Source of the DNA: Octopus sinensis
Taxonomy: Eukaryota
Direction of reading: 5' to 3'
Length of the DNA: 64,000 bases
Assembly (NCBI RefSeq): GCF_006345805.1
Contig: NC_043011.1
Location: forward strand, 35,476,464 to 35,540,463
In this document: positions 22,882 to 35,874 of the stretch, one piece after another
Layout of the letters: every line of letters starts with the position of its first letter
How positions within the stretch are numbered: the stretch's first letter is position 1
Position numbers and translations under genes: made by a program
Notes under the pieces: generated by a model
The model's database searches: none
The model's input: only the letters and a program-made list of their open reading frames with translations
Told to the model about the DNA's origin: nothing

Positions 22882-23256
22882 TTATTACCTCTGCCTTAGT
22901 GAAAGCGGAAGTATTCTTTTCAGTCATGTTCATTTGTTTGTTTGTCCATGGACAAGATATCTCAAGAATCGCTGGATGAATTCGAATGAAACTTTCAGGG
23001 ATGTTTGGCCTTGTGACTGGCACACACTGATTAGATTTTGGGATCGATCTGGTACTGGACAAAGATTCTGTATTATTTTCCCTGTATCTTTTTTACTTAA
23101 TTTTTGATAGCAGTCAGGTTCATTTTTCATATTCTCATTTGTGAGAGCAGTCGAGTTTATTTCAGATATTCTCATTTTAAAAATCATTTCTGGCTAATAG
23201 TTGAGGGGATGGTTCTGTTGCCTTGGCAGAAGTTTGACTCTCTGAGTACTCTTGTT
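22882..23256 (+). mobile_element. Helentron-associated non-autonomous element (HINE/DINE-1-like), copy 1
   Basis: Starts TTATTACCTCTGCC, internal TTTGTTTGTTTGTC, subterminal GGCAGAAG, ends CTCTCTGAGTACTCTTGTT. Confidence 0.7.
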
Positions 23257-23755
23257 ATTACTATTATTATTATTATTATTATTATTATTGAGTGAGAGAG
23301 TAGTGCATGCCATCAAAGTGACATTAGAGTAAAATATATGAAGCCCAGTATAGCCATCATGACTACCCGTCTGATAAAAGTACACCAGGCACATGCAACA
23401 CAACCATATGTGCGCGACATGGTGATCTCATATCAAGATAAACAGCACATGACCTTGCAGGTGGGGCCCAGTTAGAATTTTCTTCTGGTCGAGTAGCCCA
23501 TCCCTCTCAAAAGGTCCTTGAATAAGGATTGTTTAAGGATGTTGAACGAGCCACTCATGTTTCCAGAGGTGAATTATTCAAACTCTAAAGAATCCCTCTC
23601 AACACATGGCTATGATGCTCCCCCACTACTTCTGCTTGTAATCAGAGATGCACATAGTGTTAGCCACCAAGGGACATGTTCAACTGGTTAAGGTCAAACA
23701 ACTGACAAGTTAAGATCAAAAGCCATGAGAGCCACTGCCTGGTACTGCATCAAGA
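23257..23755 (-). mobile_element. Retroposon family G 3' end with (AAT)n tail
   Basis: Reverse complement ends CTCTCTCACTCAATAATAAT; matches 29335-29866. Confidence 0.9.
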
Positions 23756-23768
23756 CATATTATTATTA

Positions 23769-23801
<33 letters not shown>

Positions 23802-23810
<9 letters not shown>

Positions 23811-24141
23811 CCGTCTTCGTTAGGTGAAGGTATTGTTTTCAGTTTGTTTTTTGTTTATCCATGAACAAGATATCTCAAGGCATGCTGGATGTTTGGCCTC
23901 ATAACTGGCACACACTAATTAGATTTTGGAATCGATCTGGTACCGGACTAAGATTCTGGATTATTTTTCCTGCTTTTTCATTTAATTTTTGAGAGCGGTC
24001 AGGTTCATTTTTCATATTCTCATTTGGAGAGCAGTCAAGATTATTTCAAATATTCTCGTTTTAAAAATCATCTCTGGCTAATTGTTGAGAGGACTTTGGT
24101 GTCACCTTGGCAGAAGTTTGCTCTCTCTGAGTAGTCTTGTT
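23802..24141 (+). mobile_element. HINE/DINE-1-like element, copy 2
   Basis: Aligns end to end with 22882-23256. Confidence 0.7.
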
Positions 24142-24462
24142 ATATTATTGTTTTACTGATTCCATTCATTGGGTTGTGACCATGCTGTAGCATTATTTTA
24201 AAATGTTTTCATTTGAGGTTTATTTTATTCATCTTGTAGAGGACTGAATACAAAACATATCAATAAATAAGTTAACAAATGAGGTAAAGTCAACCTTGGC
24301 CTAAAGGGATGAAACTTGTGTGGAAACAAATAACCATAGCAAACTTATCAACCTTACTGCCACGCCTTCGTTTTGGGATCCTTGGTAGCATCTTTTGCCT
24401 TATGAAATAATTGTTAAAATAAATAAGAAGAAAAGAAGAAACAGGATTACTAACAAATTAAA

Positions 24463-24620
24463 TGTGATTGTCTGGTTAGAAGTTTGCTTCCCAACCACAT
24501 GGTTCTTGGTTCAGTCCCACAGTGAGGTACTTTGGGCAAGTGCTTTCTGTTAAAGATTCAAGCTGACCAAAGTCTTTTGAGTGGATTTGATAGACGAAAA
24601 CTAAAGGAAGCCGGTCATAT
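24463..24620 (+). mobile_element. SINE family A, degenerate 5' half
   Basis: CCAACCACATGGTTCTTGGTTCAGTCCCAC...TTTGGGCAAGTG. Confidence 0.75.
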
Positions 24621-24639
24621 ATATATATATATATATATA

Positions 24640-24990
24640 TACATGATCTGATCAATAAGTATCTGGGATGTTGTCATAGTAACGAAGCTAAAGCATGCAG
24701 AGTGAAGCTGCTTGACATATATTGACCTTGAATTCTGCTGTGCATGTGCACTAAGTTTTAACATTCTTACTCACTTCTGCTGTTTACAGCAGTGCTTGGA
24801 AGGAAGGTGTGTAGCGTGTGAGCACAGCATTGACTATGACAGAAAGTTGCATAGAGAATCTTTATCAAATTTTGTTGAATGCTTGGTGATACCTGCTCAG
24901 AAGCCTATGCAATGTTTCCAAAATGTTTTCATCATTGTCGACAAAATCAACGAGATTTGTGCAACTGAAACCCGAGTGTCTTTTTGGTCA
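24640..24990 (+). mobile_element. Mariner-like element 5' fragment
   Basis: TIR-like CTGATCAATAAGTATC after (TA)n; degenerate N-terminus resembling the mariner EQRICIKFC-x-KLG pattern; no second TIR seen. Confidence 0.45.
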
Positions 24991-25365
24991 GTGATCCAAT
25001 TTTTATGCAGTTCTGCATATCCAGTGCTCTGGAATGAGGCACTTAGCCCAGTGTGCTTACAATTCTTGCCACATCGCTGCTGTAAGGAACAGTAAATTAT
25101 GTTGAGCCTAGGAACTTGTGTGGTTCTTTGAGCAATTCTGTATATGAGGTGCTTACTTTCAAAACAGGTGTAAGTGCATATTTGATCGGTTTCATGACAA
25201 CCATTAAAACACAATCTGCAAGCTGATGACTTCACACACATGGAATTTATTTCAGTCAAACTGGGAATGGATGCCATATAAACAGTAGGCAAATCTTAGT
25301 ATTCCAATCAAAATAATATAGTCAAGTTGTTGAATTCAAGCCATTCCCATGCATATTTCTGGTTT

Positions 25366-25830
25366 AGTGGCTTTGTGGTAGGTAGCTTGCTTATGAACCA
25401 CATGGTTCCGGGTTCAGTCTCACTGCGTGGCACCTTGGGCAAGTGTCTTCTACTATAGGTTCAGGCCGAGTGGATTTGGTAGACGGAAACTGAAAGAAGC
25501 CTATCATATATAAGTATATATATATGTATGTGTGTGTATATGTTTGTGATTCTGTGTTTGTCCCCCCCCCAACATCACTTGACAACCGATGCTGGTGTGT
25601 TTATGTCCCCGTAACGTAGCGGTTCGGCATAAGAGACCGATAGAATAAGTACTAGGCTTACAAAGAATAAGTCCTGGGGTCGATTTGCTCGACTAAAAGG
25701 CGGTGATCCAGCATGACTACAGTCAAATGACAGAAGCAAGCAAAAGAGTATATGCAGGCATAGCTATGTGGTAAGAAGTCAGCTTGCTTCCCAAACACAT
25801 GGTTCTGGGTTCTGTTCTACTGCATCGAAA
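25366..25830 (+). mobile_element. SINE family A full copy (25366-25748) followed by a second head
   Basis: Matches 34959-35365. Confidence 0.88.
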
Positions 25831-27097
25831 TGATATATTCAAGTTGTTTTCTCAATTACTCAAAAGTCATTCCGATGCATATATCTGAAGACAAAGTCGA
25901 CCTAGGCAAGATTTGAACTCAGAATGAAAATTAAAGTAGCTAAAGTCCACAGAGAATTTCTTTTTTCAGACAGTCTCGTGTTACTCTGCTGATACACTGC
26001 CTTTGACTCTTTAAATATTGTCAAGGAAAACGCATTCCATCAGATCGATTTTCTGAAAACTAGTTTCATACGTGTAAGAATGTGAATTGATAGGTTGATA
26101 GGTAGTCTGTTCTATGTACTTGGAATAGAAATAATCGCTGCATTAGAAGTCTTGAGGCAAATTCGAAATCATCTAATTCCTCTTTGATTTGTGGTCAGAA
26201 ATTTACTCAAGAGAGAAATCAAGGCTGGTTAATGCCAAAGAATATTATGAAATTTCAAAGGGCAAAAATAGACGAATGAACTTTTATAAAAGAACAATGA
26301 GCATAGATTCAGTGATTCTTTCAATGATTTTGGAAGAGCATATGTGAAAAGAAATTTGGCAGCATCAAATGTAATAAAACCAATTTTCACTACCATGGAA
26401 ATAGCATCCCCAAAAGAGAAACCAATAGAAGAGCTGGTGATTTCATTAGTTTGCACGATGTTCAATACATGATTTTTCAAGCAAGTTTCAGTCACAGAAA
26501 TGATAGCCATGTTAATGTACCATTGATGATAATCCAAATTCTTCCATTCCATGAATGAATGTTTGCATTGGTACACATACATATAAGAAAAACGGAAAAT
26601 TTATTGACTGGCAGAAAGACGGGAAATTCAAAAGCTGGGTATTTTGATTGTGTGAAGTGAATGAGAAGGAAGGTTAAAAAAAAAAAAAAAAAAAACAGAA
26701 AAGAAAAGAAAAAAATCACATATTATCAAAAGTTAAGTGACAATATGTTTGTAAATAGTGAAGGAACAATTTAAAACTTACTATTGGTTTTAGCAAAGTG
26801 CACGTTGTTGTTTAGAATAGACCGATTCAAATAAGAAAGTCGCTGCACCAGATGCCACCGGAACCATTGAAAACGGAACACAAATAAGAAATTAGAATAT
26901 TTTATAAACTGATGAGAAATAGCAAGTTATGGTGACATAAAATAAAACCTACTTCTGCTCAAAATAACAAAAAAGAAAAAAAAAATTTACTTGTCTTTTC
27001 AAAGACAACCTGAGGTTTGGGGCTGCCTATTCAAAACAGCACGTAAATGCGCATATATCCAAATCTGTATATCTTGACTGAGATACATAGAGGAAAT

Positions 27098-27113
27098 AAT
27101 AATAATAATAATG

Positions 27114-27160
<47 letters not shown>

Positions 27161-27300
27161 AAGAAGAAGAAGAAGCAAGCAGCAGCAGAAGAAGAAGAAG
27201 AAGAAGAAAGAAGAAGAAGAAGAAGAAGAAGAAGAAGAAGAGAAGAAGAAGAAGAAGAAAAAGAACAACAACTACAAGGTTAAGAAGATGAAGAAAAATA
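27098..27300. repeat. (AAT)n followed by (GAA)n
   Basis: Direct reading. Confidence 0.95.
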
Positions 27301-27399
27301 GGAAAATAAAGAGGAGAAAAAGTACAAGAAATAAGGAAGAAATAAATAAATTTCAATACAATCATTCAAATACAAATATTGGTATATCTATTTATCTAT

Positions 27400-27488
27400 C
27401 TATACATACATACATACATACATGCATACATACATAAGTATGACTCACATACATATATAAATACACATGTATATATACATATATATAG

Positions 27489-27525
<37 letters not shown>

Positions 27526-27925
27526 ATATATATATATATATAAGTACATATATACATATATATATATACATGTGTGTTTTATACATACATTTATGCATAT
27601 ATGTATGTATATGTATGCATGAATGTATGAATAAAACACACACGCGCATGTATTATTTAGAGGTAATATTGACAAATCTATTTTCTACCGTATGTTTGAA
27701 ATTCTTTAAATTCCGTACCGCATTTCCCATAAAGTTAATCATAGCTCTAACTAAATTAATTTAATTTGAATTTCTGATTTAATTTATCTTGAATTATTGA
27801 GCCCTGGCGTGTTAAATTCTTCATTTCTTAAATGAATTAACACGCATATGTAAAGTACATGTGTGTCTATTTATTAAACGTGCATACATACATATATACA
27901 TACGTATATAAATATACATACATAT

Positions 27926-27992
<67 letters not shown>

Positions 27993-28000
27993 TATTTGTA
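27400..28000. repeat. Two compound (TA)/(TACA)/(TG) microsatellite blocks
   Basis: Direct reading. Confidence 0.85.
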
Positions 28001-28862
28001 AACACATGCATACATCCGTATGCACGTATATTGTATAAAATGAGAACTCACAAGCACTCACATGAAAATCTAGGGGAAACCTTTCGAATCAAAGTTTATT
28101 TTCTCAATTAGAAGAGTGAGATTGAAAATTATGATTTACATGTTTACTAGTCATTTAATAAATAATTAAAATTCTCTCTAAATTTCAAGAAAATTTTGTG
28201 CATAACAAAAATTTGTATGAAATTATTGTTACTTTTTATTATAGATTTGTCTAACAATATTATTAATACAAAATAGGTACTAATACTTTATCTAAATCAT
28301 TTACAAACCACGAAATGACAAACACATTTTTCATAGATTTGAATGCTTAGCTTTACGTAGACCCTATGTAACATTTAAGGATCACAAATCTAATTTCATT
28401 TTTAATTCAACTTGCGTTTTAATAAATCCAAACCAGAAGTTAATTAGGTATAGTTAGTTAAAGAAGCGTAGATGCATAATAGTCATTAAAAAATAATTTC
28501 TAAAAATGTCAACATTTCAAGAAAAAATCTGATGACCAAAGAACAAAAATTGTATAAAATTAGCATTAATATTTATTGTAGGTTTTTGTCTAACAGAATT
28601 TTTAATACACACAAAAATAACTAATAATATTACATTTCATTACATTGATTTAGAAATGCAAATAACTACCAAATGTGAACTAAGATAAAATGTTTAGGTT
28701 CACGTAAACCTTATATTACATTCAAAGGCCAGACACTAAATTTCTTTGTTAATCAAAATTGTAAATAATACCAAATAAAAAATATAGATATAGTTATTAA
28801 AATAACTATAAAAACTTAACTTTAAACGAGCAATCTTTACGGAATATATATATTCTACTAGT

Positions 28863-29082
28863 GAAGGCACATGGCATAGTGGTTAGGGCATTCGGCTCAC
28901 AATCGTAAGGTCATGAGTTCAATTCCCAGTGACATGTTATGTCCTTGAGCAAGACACTTTATTTCATGTTGCTCCAATCCACTCAGCAGGCAAAAATGAG
29001 GAATACCTGTATTTCAAAGGGCCAGCCTTGTCACACTCTCTGTCACGCTGAATCTCCCTGAGAACTACGTTGAGGGTGCACC
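28863..29082 (+). mobile_element. Chimeric SINE: family E head/core with family D tail
   Basis: CCTTGAGCAAGACACTTTATTTCATGTTGCTCCAATCCACTCAGC then CCTGTATTTCAAAGGGCCAGCCTTGTCACACTC (D tail). Confidence 0.85.
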
Positions 29083-29334
29083 TTTAATTTTAACCTCAGA
29101 TGTGTTAACACATTACTTACCACAAATGCCTTGGCTTAGGAACAGGGGTGCAAGCACACCCGCTAAAATGCTTTTTTTTTTTGCAGGGTCAATAAAAATG
29201 CTCTTAACTCCCCCTTGAGAAGCTTCATCGCCACAACAAAGGAGCATAGAAACATTTTTGGACTGATTTGAAACATTACTTTCCTATTACAGAATTTATC
29301 TGATTGGGTTGCTGTACAACAACAACAACAACAA

Positions 29335-29800
29335 TAATAATAGATGGGCTACAGCAAATATTCTGCTCAATACCAAAGATTTGCTTGTCAGGTGTTTGAC
29401 CTTAACCTTTTGAGCATTTCTCTTAGTGGCTGACGATATGTGCATCTCTGATCACAAGCAGAAGTAGTGGGGGAGCATCATAGCTATGTGTTGAGAGGAA
29501 TTCACCTCTGGAAACATGGGTGTTTCCTTCAATATCCTTAAAAAACCGTTATTCATGGACCTGTTGAGCGGGATGGGTTACTCGACCAGAAGAAAATTCT
29601 AACTGGGCCCCACCTGCAAGGTCATGTGCTGTTTATCTTGATATGAGATCACCATGTCGCACACATATGGTTGTGATGCATGTGTCTGGTGTACCCTTAT
29701 CAGACGGGTAATCATGATGGGTATACTGGGCTTCATATATTTTACCCCAGTGTCACTTTGATGGCATGCTCTGCTCGCTCACTCAATAATAATAATAATG

Positions 29801-29843
<43 letters not shown>

Positions 29844-29866
29844 TAATAATAATAATAATAATAATA
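29335..29866 (+). mobile_element. Retroposon family G 3' end with long (AAT)n tail
   Basis: AGATGGGCTACAGCAAATATTCTGCTCAATACC...CTCGCTCACTCAATAATAAT. Confidence 0.9.
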
Positions 29867-30812
29867 AGTATTGGTTTGTTTACATTCCTGTAACTTAGCA
29901 GCTCAGTGAAAACACAGATAAAATAAATAGCAAAATCAAAAATAAGTACTGAGGTCAATTTAGAAAATTACTATCTTTAAATTACACAACGTGAGATATT
30001 CAGCAACAGTACTTTGTAGTATAGATTGTTTGTCTCCCCCCACCATCGCTTGACAATTTAGCCCCAGGAGACGAGGTCTTCTTGGGCTAAATTACAGCAA
30101 CATTAGTCCTAAACCAGGACTGCCATGTTATGTTCGCAAACAATCTTTACTATAATGTCGATTTGTTGACCTAAATCTTCAAACATAGCCATTATCTAAT
30201 GACCAAACAGAAAATGATAAAGGTCTTATAACAAATATTTGTTTATTTCGATTCTAAACAGAACTTATTTCATTTCTATTATCGTATGTGCATCGGTACC
30301 GTGAAACGCACATTTTTGATATGTGCAGTTTCAGCATAAAACATATTTCATTACAATTCATTATATTGAGTTCATTTTACCTCAGATTGTTTACACAGAT
30401 GCGTGTGTCTTACACACGCATGCGTATACGCTTCCACACACACACACACATATATTCGAGAATCGCATTGGCCAAGTCATATCCACCACCGAGAGATAAG
30501 GCAAAACGTTAATAAAAAAGACATAAGCAAATAAGGCACGGAAGATTAATATAGAAAATAATAATGCTAAGATAAACCGACTAACTGATAAGAGTGAATA
30601 TACAAAGTATTATACACACACTGCCAAATATACATGCACCCCATACACATACACACAAACACACACACTCATACAAAATATATGGAGAGCACATACCCTC
30701 ACGTATACATACACTCATAGCCACCTATCTCTCTACCTACCCACACATGTGTGCACGTGTGCGTGTGTATTCAAGTAATGGGTTCTATTTTTCCCATTTG
30801 TTTTACAAAACC

Positions 30813-30876
<64 letters not shown>

Positions 30877-31282
30877 TTAATATTAATAATAATAATAAGA
30901 AGAAGAAGTGAAACAAAAGACTGAGACCTCGATATTAGGTAAATAGAAGGATATGCATATGTATATGCATGCATGCACATACATACATATGTATACATGT
31001 GAGTGTGTATAGATATGTATGTGTGTGTGTGTGTATAAGAAAATATGTCTATCTGGGTATCATTTAGCACTTCAGTATATTAAGAATCCTCTTTCTGGTC
31101 TCTTTTCATCTCCCGTTTTCTGTCTCTCAAAGTGATTGTATGCCAGTCAACAGTCACAATATAAACTCTGATGACGATGACGTGTATCTGAGAATTAAAG
31201 CAGTAATAATATTGTGACGTAATGTGTTCATATAGATATATACATGAATAAATTACGTCATTATATATATATATATATATAT

Positions 31283-31850
31283 ACTAGACTACCGGTGACC
31301 CGTTGGTTTCACTGATGGTTCAGGTTATAAAATATTGAAGCTGATTTCAACATTGCATTGAAATGAAAGTTAATTTTATGATGATTCAGTTAAATATTTC
31401 AGTTCATTCGTGTCGCCATAGGTCTGGCTTACAAGTTCAGGTTTAAGGTTTTATTGATTTTTTTTACAGCATCTACTAGAAATAGAACTTCCGGGATAAA
31501 CTTGAACACCAGTAACAACATTGATTTATGGCATATGTGCACATTTCTACAAAAATGCAAAAGTAATTGTTATATAACGTAAACATAAAATTAATGGAAA
31601 CAATTTTCCCATTTCAGGTTATGTTACTTTCGGAGCGTTTTCCCATTAAGCATCTTTTTGGCTATTTATGAAGGTACACCCAAAAACTGCGTATCTCAGG
31701 AATCCGCGGTCTGATTTAAGCGAAACTTGTTTTATTCCGTTTGTATTCATATTTCAAAGGTGCCCTTACTTTTAGAGTATTTTCCCCTCATGCATCGGTT
31801 TGGCTGTATTAACTTACAGACTGGCACAGACAAGCAAGCACACAAACAAA
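31283..31850 (+). mobile_element. Helitron-like non-autonomous element (candidate)
   Basis: Starts ACTAG...GACCCGTTGGTTTC right after (TA)n; ends CGGTTTGGCTGTATT..ACAGAC..ACAGACAAGCAAGCAC; class inferred from the end structure only. Confidence 0.4.
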
Positions 31851-31856
31851 AATGGC

Positions 31857-33831
31857 ATAACCAGAGATGTGTACACCCCACCTTTCCGAGTTTGTTACCT
31901 CATAACTTCCAGAAAAATGGATAGTTTTTAACGAAATTTTCAACAAATACCACTTAGATGCTGTGAATTTAAAGTATACAGGGATTTATGGGAACGAGTT
32001 TTTTTGAAGGGTTAGGCAGAGGAGTTTTGGAAAATTCACACGATCCGACATTTTACCCTCATAACTTTCAGGGAAAGGAATATCTTTTAGTGAAATTTTA
32101 TACAAATGCCTTTCAAACGGTATAGATTACGATTATAAAGAATTTTTTGGGGGAAAATTTTCCTGAGGGAATGGGGAGAGAAGTTTCGTATCAGGAAGAC
32201 CAAGTAAGTTGTAACTATTACGTTTTGACGAGGGTTTTCTCCATTTTTTTAATAAAACTACAGCCTTTGAAATGATGTAGGTGGGGAACATCTTTTTATT
32301 AAAAAAAAGTTTAAGCATTTTTGTACACTCCGCCTCATCATCCCACTCCGGATCGATTTTGGCCAATTGTTTTGCGCTTCAAAATTATGAGAAGAGACTT
32401 TACGTTAAAAAGACAAAAATATATATATAAATGAAATTGTTGATATTTTCAGAGGAAAAAGTGAATGATTTAACGGAGATTTCACCGTTGTTTCCAGCAA
32501 ATCCCAAGACAACCCTGCACGTTTTTTTTTCTCACTCTCGAATGCATTGATGTTTTTCAATATTGTTCTCCCCATAAATACATTTATATGCTATAAAAAA
32601 CTTTGAAAAATTATAATTTTTTAGCAATCCCATTCCCTACTTCCGATTGTTTCTGTATATAAATTAATATATTGGAGAGCCTGAGAAGGTCATTGCTGGC
32701 ACTTATCTGCAGTGGTATGCAAACGATAATTCATTTTAAGGCGGCGAGCTGGCAGAAACGTTAGCACGCCGGGCGAAATGCGTAGCCGTATTTTGTCTGC
32801 CGTTACGTCCTGAGTTCAAATTCCGCCGAGGTCGACTTTGCCTCTCATCCTTTCGGGGTCGATAAATTAAGTACCAGTTACGCACTGGGGTCGACGTAAT
32901 CGACTTAATCCGTTTGTCTGTCCTTGTTTGTCCCATCTGTGTTTAGCCCCTTGTGGGTAGTAAAGAAATAGATAATTCATTTTAATAGCTTATTTTTCTA
33001 TTAGAAATTTTTTTTACACGCACACTCGGCTTCACTTCATGTGAGATGGGGGTAAAAATTTAAATTACAATCTCTTTTTCTGTTGCTTATATTCCACCAA
33101 CAGATCACGCGTGTGTTACTTCGACATCATCATTCCATAGGATGTGTTTAATGGGAGAAAAATATTGAGAAAACATCAAAACATGTGAGAATGAAAACGG
33201 AGGGTGGTTTTGGGATGTGCTAGAAACAACAGCTAAATCTCTCTTGAATCCTGCCTCTTTTCCTCAAAAATAAAAAATAAAAAATATCAATTTTTTTTTA
33301 CCCAACTGGGTTCCCCCAGTGTTTTTAAGTTAAAAAAATTGGCCAAATCGATCCGGAGGAAGAATTACAAAAATTTTCAAAGCTTTCTTTCATAAAAAGA
33401 TGCCTCCCACCATTTCGAAAGCTGTGATGAAATAAAAAATGAGAAAAATTCCTGTAAAAACGAAATAGTTCCAACTTATTTAGTCTTCCTGATCCGAAAC
33501 GCCTCTCCCCACCTGCTCGATAAAAATGTTCTACCCTAATTTCTTTATAATCATAATCTATGCCATTTGAAGGGTATTTGTATAAAATTTCATTAAAAGA
33601 AATCCGTTTTCCTGAAAGTTGAGGGAAAATATCGGATCATGTGGATTTTCCGAAACTCTTTTTCCCCACTCCACCCACTCCATCCACTTGGAAAAATTCT
33701 CTCCCATAACCCCCTATATCTTCTGAATCCACAGCATCTAAGCGAATTTCGTGCAAAATTTTCTTAAAAAGTATCCATTTTTCTGGAAGTTATGAGGCAA
33801 CAAACTCGGTGTGGTACACATCTGTAGTTAT
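31857..33831. repeat. Long imperfect inverted repeat: arms 31857-32368 and 33337-33831, ~970-bp spacer
   Basis: Exact 26-bp anchor CCTCATAACTTCCAGAAAAATGGATA (31898-31923) vs 33772-33797; inner anchor TCCGGATCGATTTTGGCCAATT / AATTGGCCAAATCGATCCGGA. Confidence 0.9.
32740..32970 (+). mobile_element. Young SINE family B with 15-bp TSD
   Basis: GATAATTCATTTTAA at 32725-32739 and 32971-32985; CpGs intact. Confidence 0.95.
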
Positions 33832-34067
33832 TCCAGCAAAACTATCTGGGTATTCGTAGTAAAAGGCAATAACTCCAGCTTTCACTGCTTAAATTTGTGG
33901 AAGCAAACCCCACCCACCTCACCAAAAAGAAGAAAAACATATATCTTGGAGCCCCGTGGTTCAATTTAAGCATAACTAGTTTTATTCCGTTTGTACTTCA
34001 GGGGTACTTTACATTCAGAATATTTCTCCACTAAGCGCCGGTTTGACTGTATTAAATTACAACACGC

Positions 34068-34282
34068 TCTCGTGCAAGGAAGATCGCAAGGACCTCGTGT
34101 GTACCGTTTGCGATTTTTTTCCTCTGTCTTCCCTTCTCTGGATCTTTCCTTCTCCTATGTTTCCGACGAAGAGCTCCGCTCGAAACGTTAAACTCTCCTT
34201 CTTTCCTGAGCGTCCAATAATACTATATTTGTTCCACGTCCTCGCGTTGTTGTGTTTTTTTGTGCTTTCTTGTTGGGATTAA

Positions 34283-34285
<3 letters not shown>
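34068..34285 (+). mobile_element. Penelope-like pLTR (family P2) ending at (TA)n
   Basis: Aligns with the reverse complement of 37548-37752; contains a hammerhead. Confidence 0.65.
34159..34193 (+). ncRNA. Minimal hammerhead ribozyme motif with U4>C core substitution
   Basis: GTTT-CCGACGA-A-GAGC tcc GCTC-GAA-ACGT-T-AAAC. Confidence 0.7.
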
Positions 34286-34343
<58 letters not shown>

Positions 34344-34958
34344 CTTGTTTGTTAATTTTATGATATGCTAAAAATGCACTGAACCACTGAACGAAAGACT
34401 CAAATACTATTCGTAGAGGCTAAATAATATTTAATATTAATAGGGTTTGTTAATTTGGAAATTTAACTGTTAAGACTGGCTTCTCTAAATAATTTGTAAT
34501 CGGAGAATTATATAAGTTTCAATGGAAGCATAAAACTTGTATCCTTGGAATACAGATACATTATTCTCAGTGGATTGTGTGATTACAGCTCGCGGCCATT
34601 GCAATACATTGTGACATAATCCATGACATACATCGGGAAATGCATGGTGAAGAGCTAAAAATATCTTGACCAATAAATTTAACAAGAGCTGACACTCTTG
34701 GTTATAATTTCAGCGAACTGCTCTCTTCTTATATTATAAAACAGAACGTCAGCTTTCGTTAGATTCATTGGTCCAGGAGCGTTTCTGGCTGACAATACAT
34801 AACAATGTCGAAAGACCGGTTGCACCAGATTCTGTTGTGCTAATGGGTCGAGTGTATTATGTTTTCCTGTGACAAAGCACAATAACAATTAATATATTGT
34901 TCGAATCTGCCCGAAAGCATTTATATCAAATATGCAAGTTACCAACATGTAATAAAAT

Positions 34959-35365
34959 AGGCGCAGGAGTGGCTGTGTGGTAAGTAGCTTGCTAACCAAC
35001 CACATGGTTCCGGGTTCAGTCCCACTGCGTAGCATCTTGGGCAAGTGTCTTCTGCTATAGCCCCGGGCCGACCAATGCCTTGTGAGTGGATTTGGTAGAC
35101 GGAAACTGAAATAAGCCTGTTGTATATATGTATATATATATATGTATGTGTGTGTGTTTGTGTGTCTGTGTCTATCCCCCTAGCATTGCTTGACAACCGA
35201 TGCTGGTGTGTTTGCGTCCCCGTCACTTAGCGGTTCGGCAAAAGAGACTGGTAGAATAAGTACTGGGCTTACAAAGAATAAGTCCCGGAGTCGATTTGCT
35301 CGACTGAAGGCGGTGCTCCAGCATGGCCGCAGTCAAATGACTGAAACAAGTAAAAGAATAAAGAG
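34959..35365 (+). mobile_element. Young full-length SINE family A
   Basis: GGCGCAGGAGTGGCTGTGTGG (A-box-like), GGGTTCAGTCCC (B-box-like), core CTTGGGCAAGTGTCTT, tail GACTGAAACAAGTAAAAGAATAAAGAG. Confidence 0.95.
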
Positions 35366-35874
35366 TATATATATATATATATATATATCAATAACGTTAT
35401 ACGTTATTGCATATACGTTATTCATTCTTAATACTTTCTGGAAGATTCGAATTTGATCCGTGTTGTTTTCCGCCACCGGAGAACTCTTTCTCTACTCAAG
35501 CAATATGTGTTTTGTGCGTTTGTGTTTTGTGTTTAAGCTTTATTGATGGTAAAATACTACCCCATACTCGATTCACATATAATAAACATAAAAAGAAACC
35601 ATGAAATATATCAAGCATTTACGGTTGAATAATTTTTAATTTTTGACAATAAGTATTTTATAGTTGAGGCTATATTTTCACGATACTTTTTAAGCCTATT
35701 GCAAAGTGCCCGAACAACAAGCCAATAAAATTTTCAATCCATTCCAACGAAGTGACAGAAAATGTCTTAAAACATTATTGGGCTTAAGAGTGCTATTAAG
35801 CATAAAGAACGAATAAGATTATAAGAGAAAACCTGCATATAAAGATTTAACTTAGAACGAATTCGTGACTTTAA

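Noticed and set aside
26229-26582. Minus ORF with IISVTETCL, similar to an APE endonuclease ETW motif
   Set aside because: Only one degenerate motif is recognisable; insufficient to call a LINE fragment without a profile search
34485-34888. Complex unique sequence with two ~67-aa minus ORFs
   Set aside because: No motif, splice structure or repeat identity could be assigned by eye
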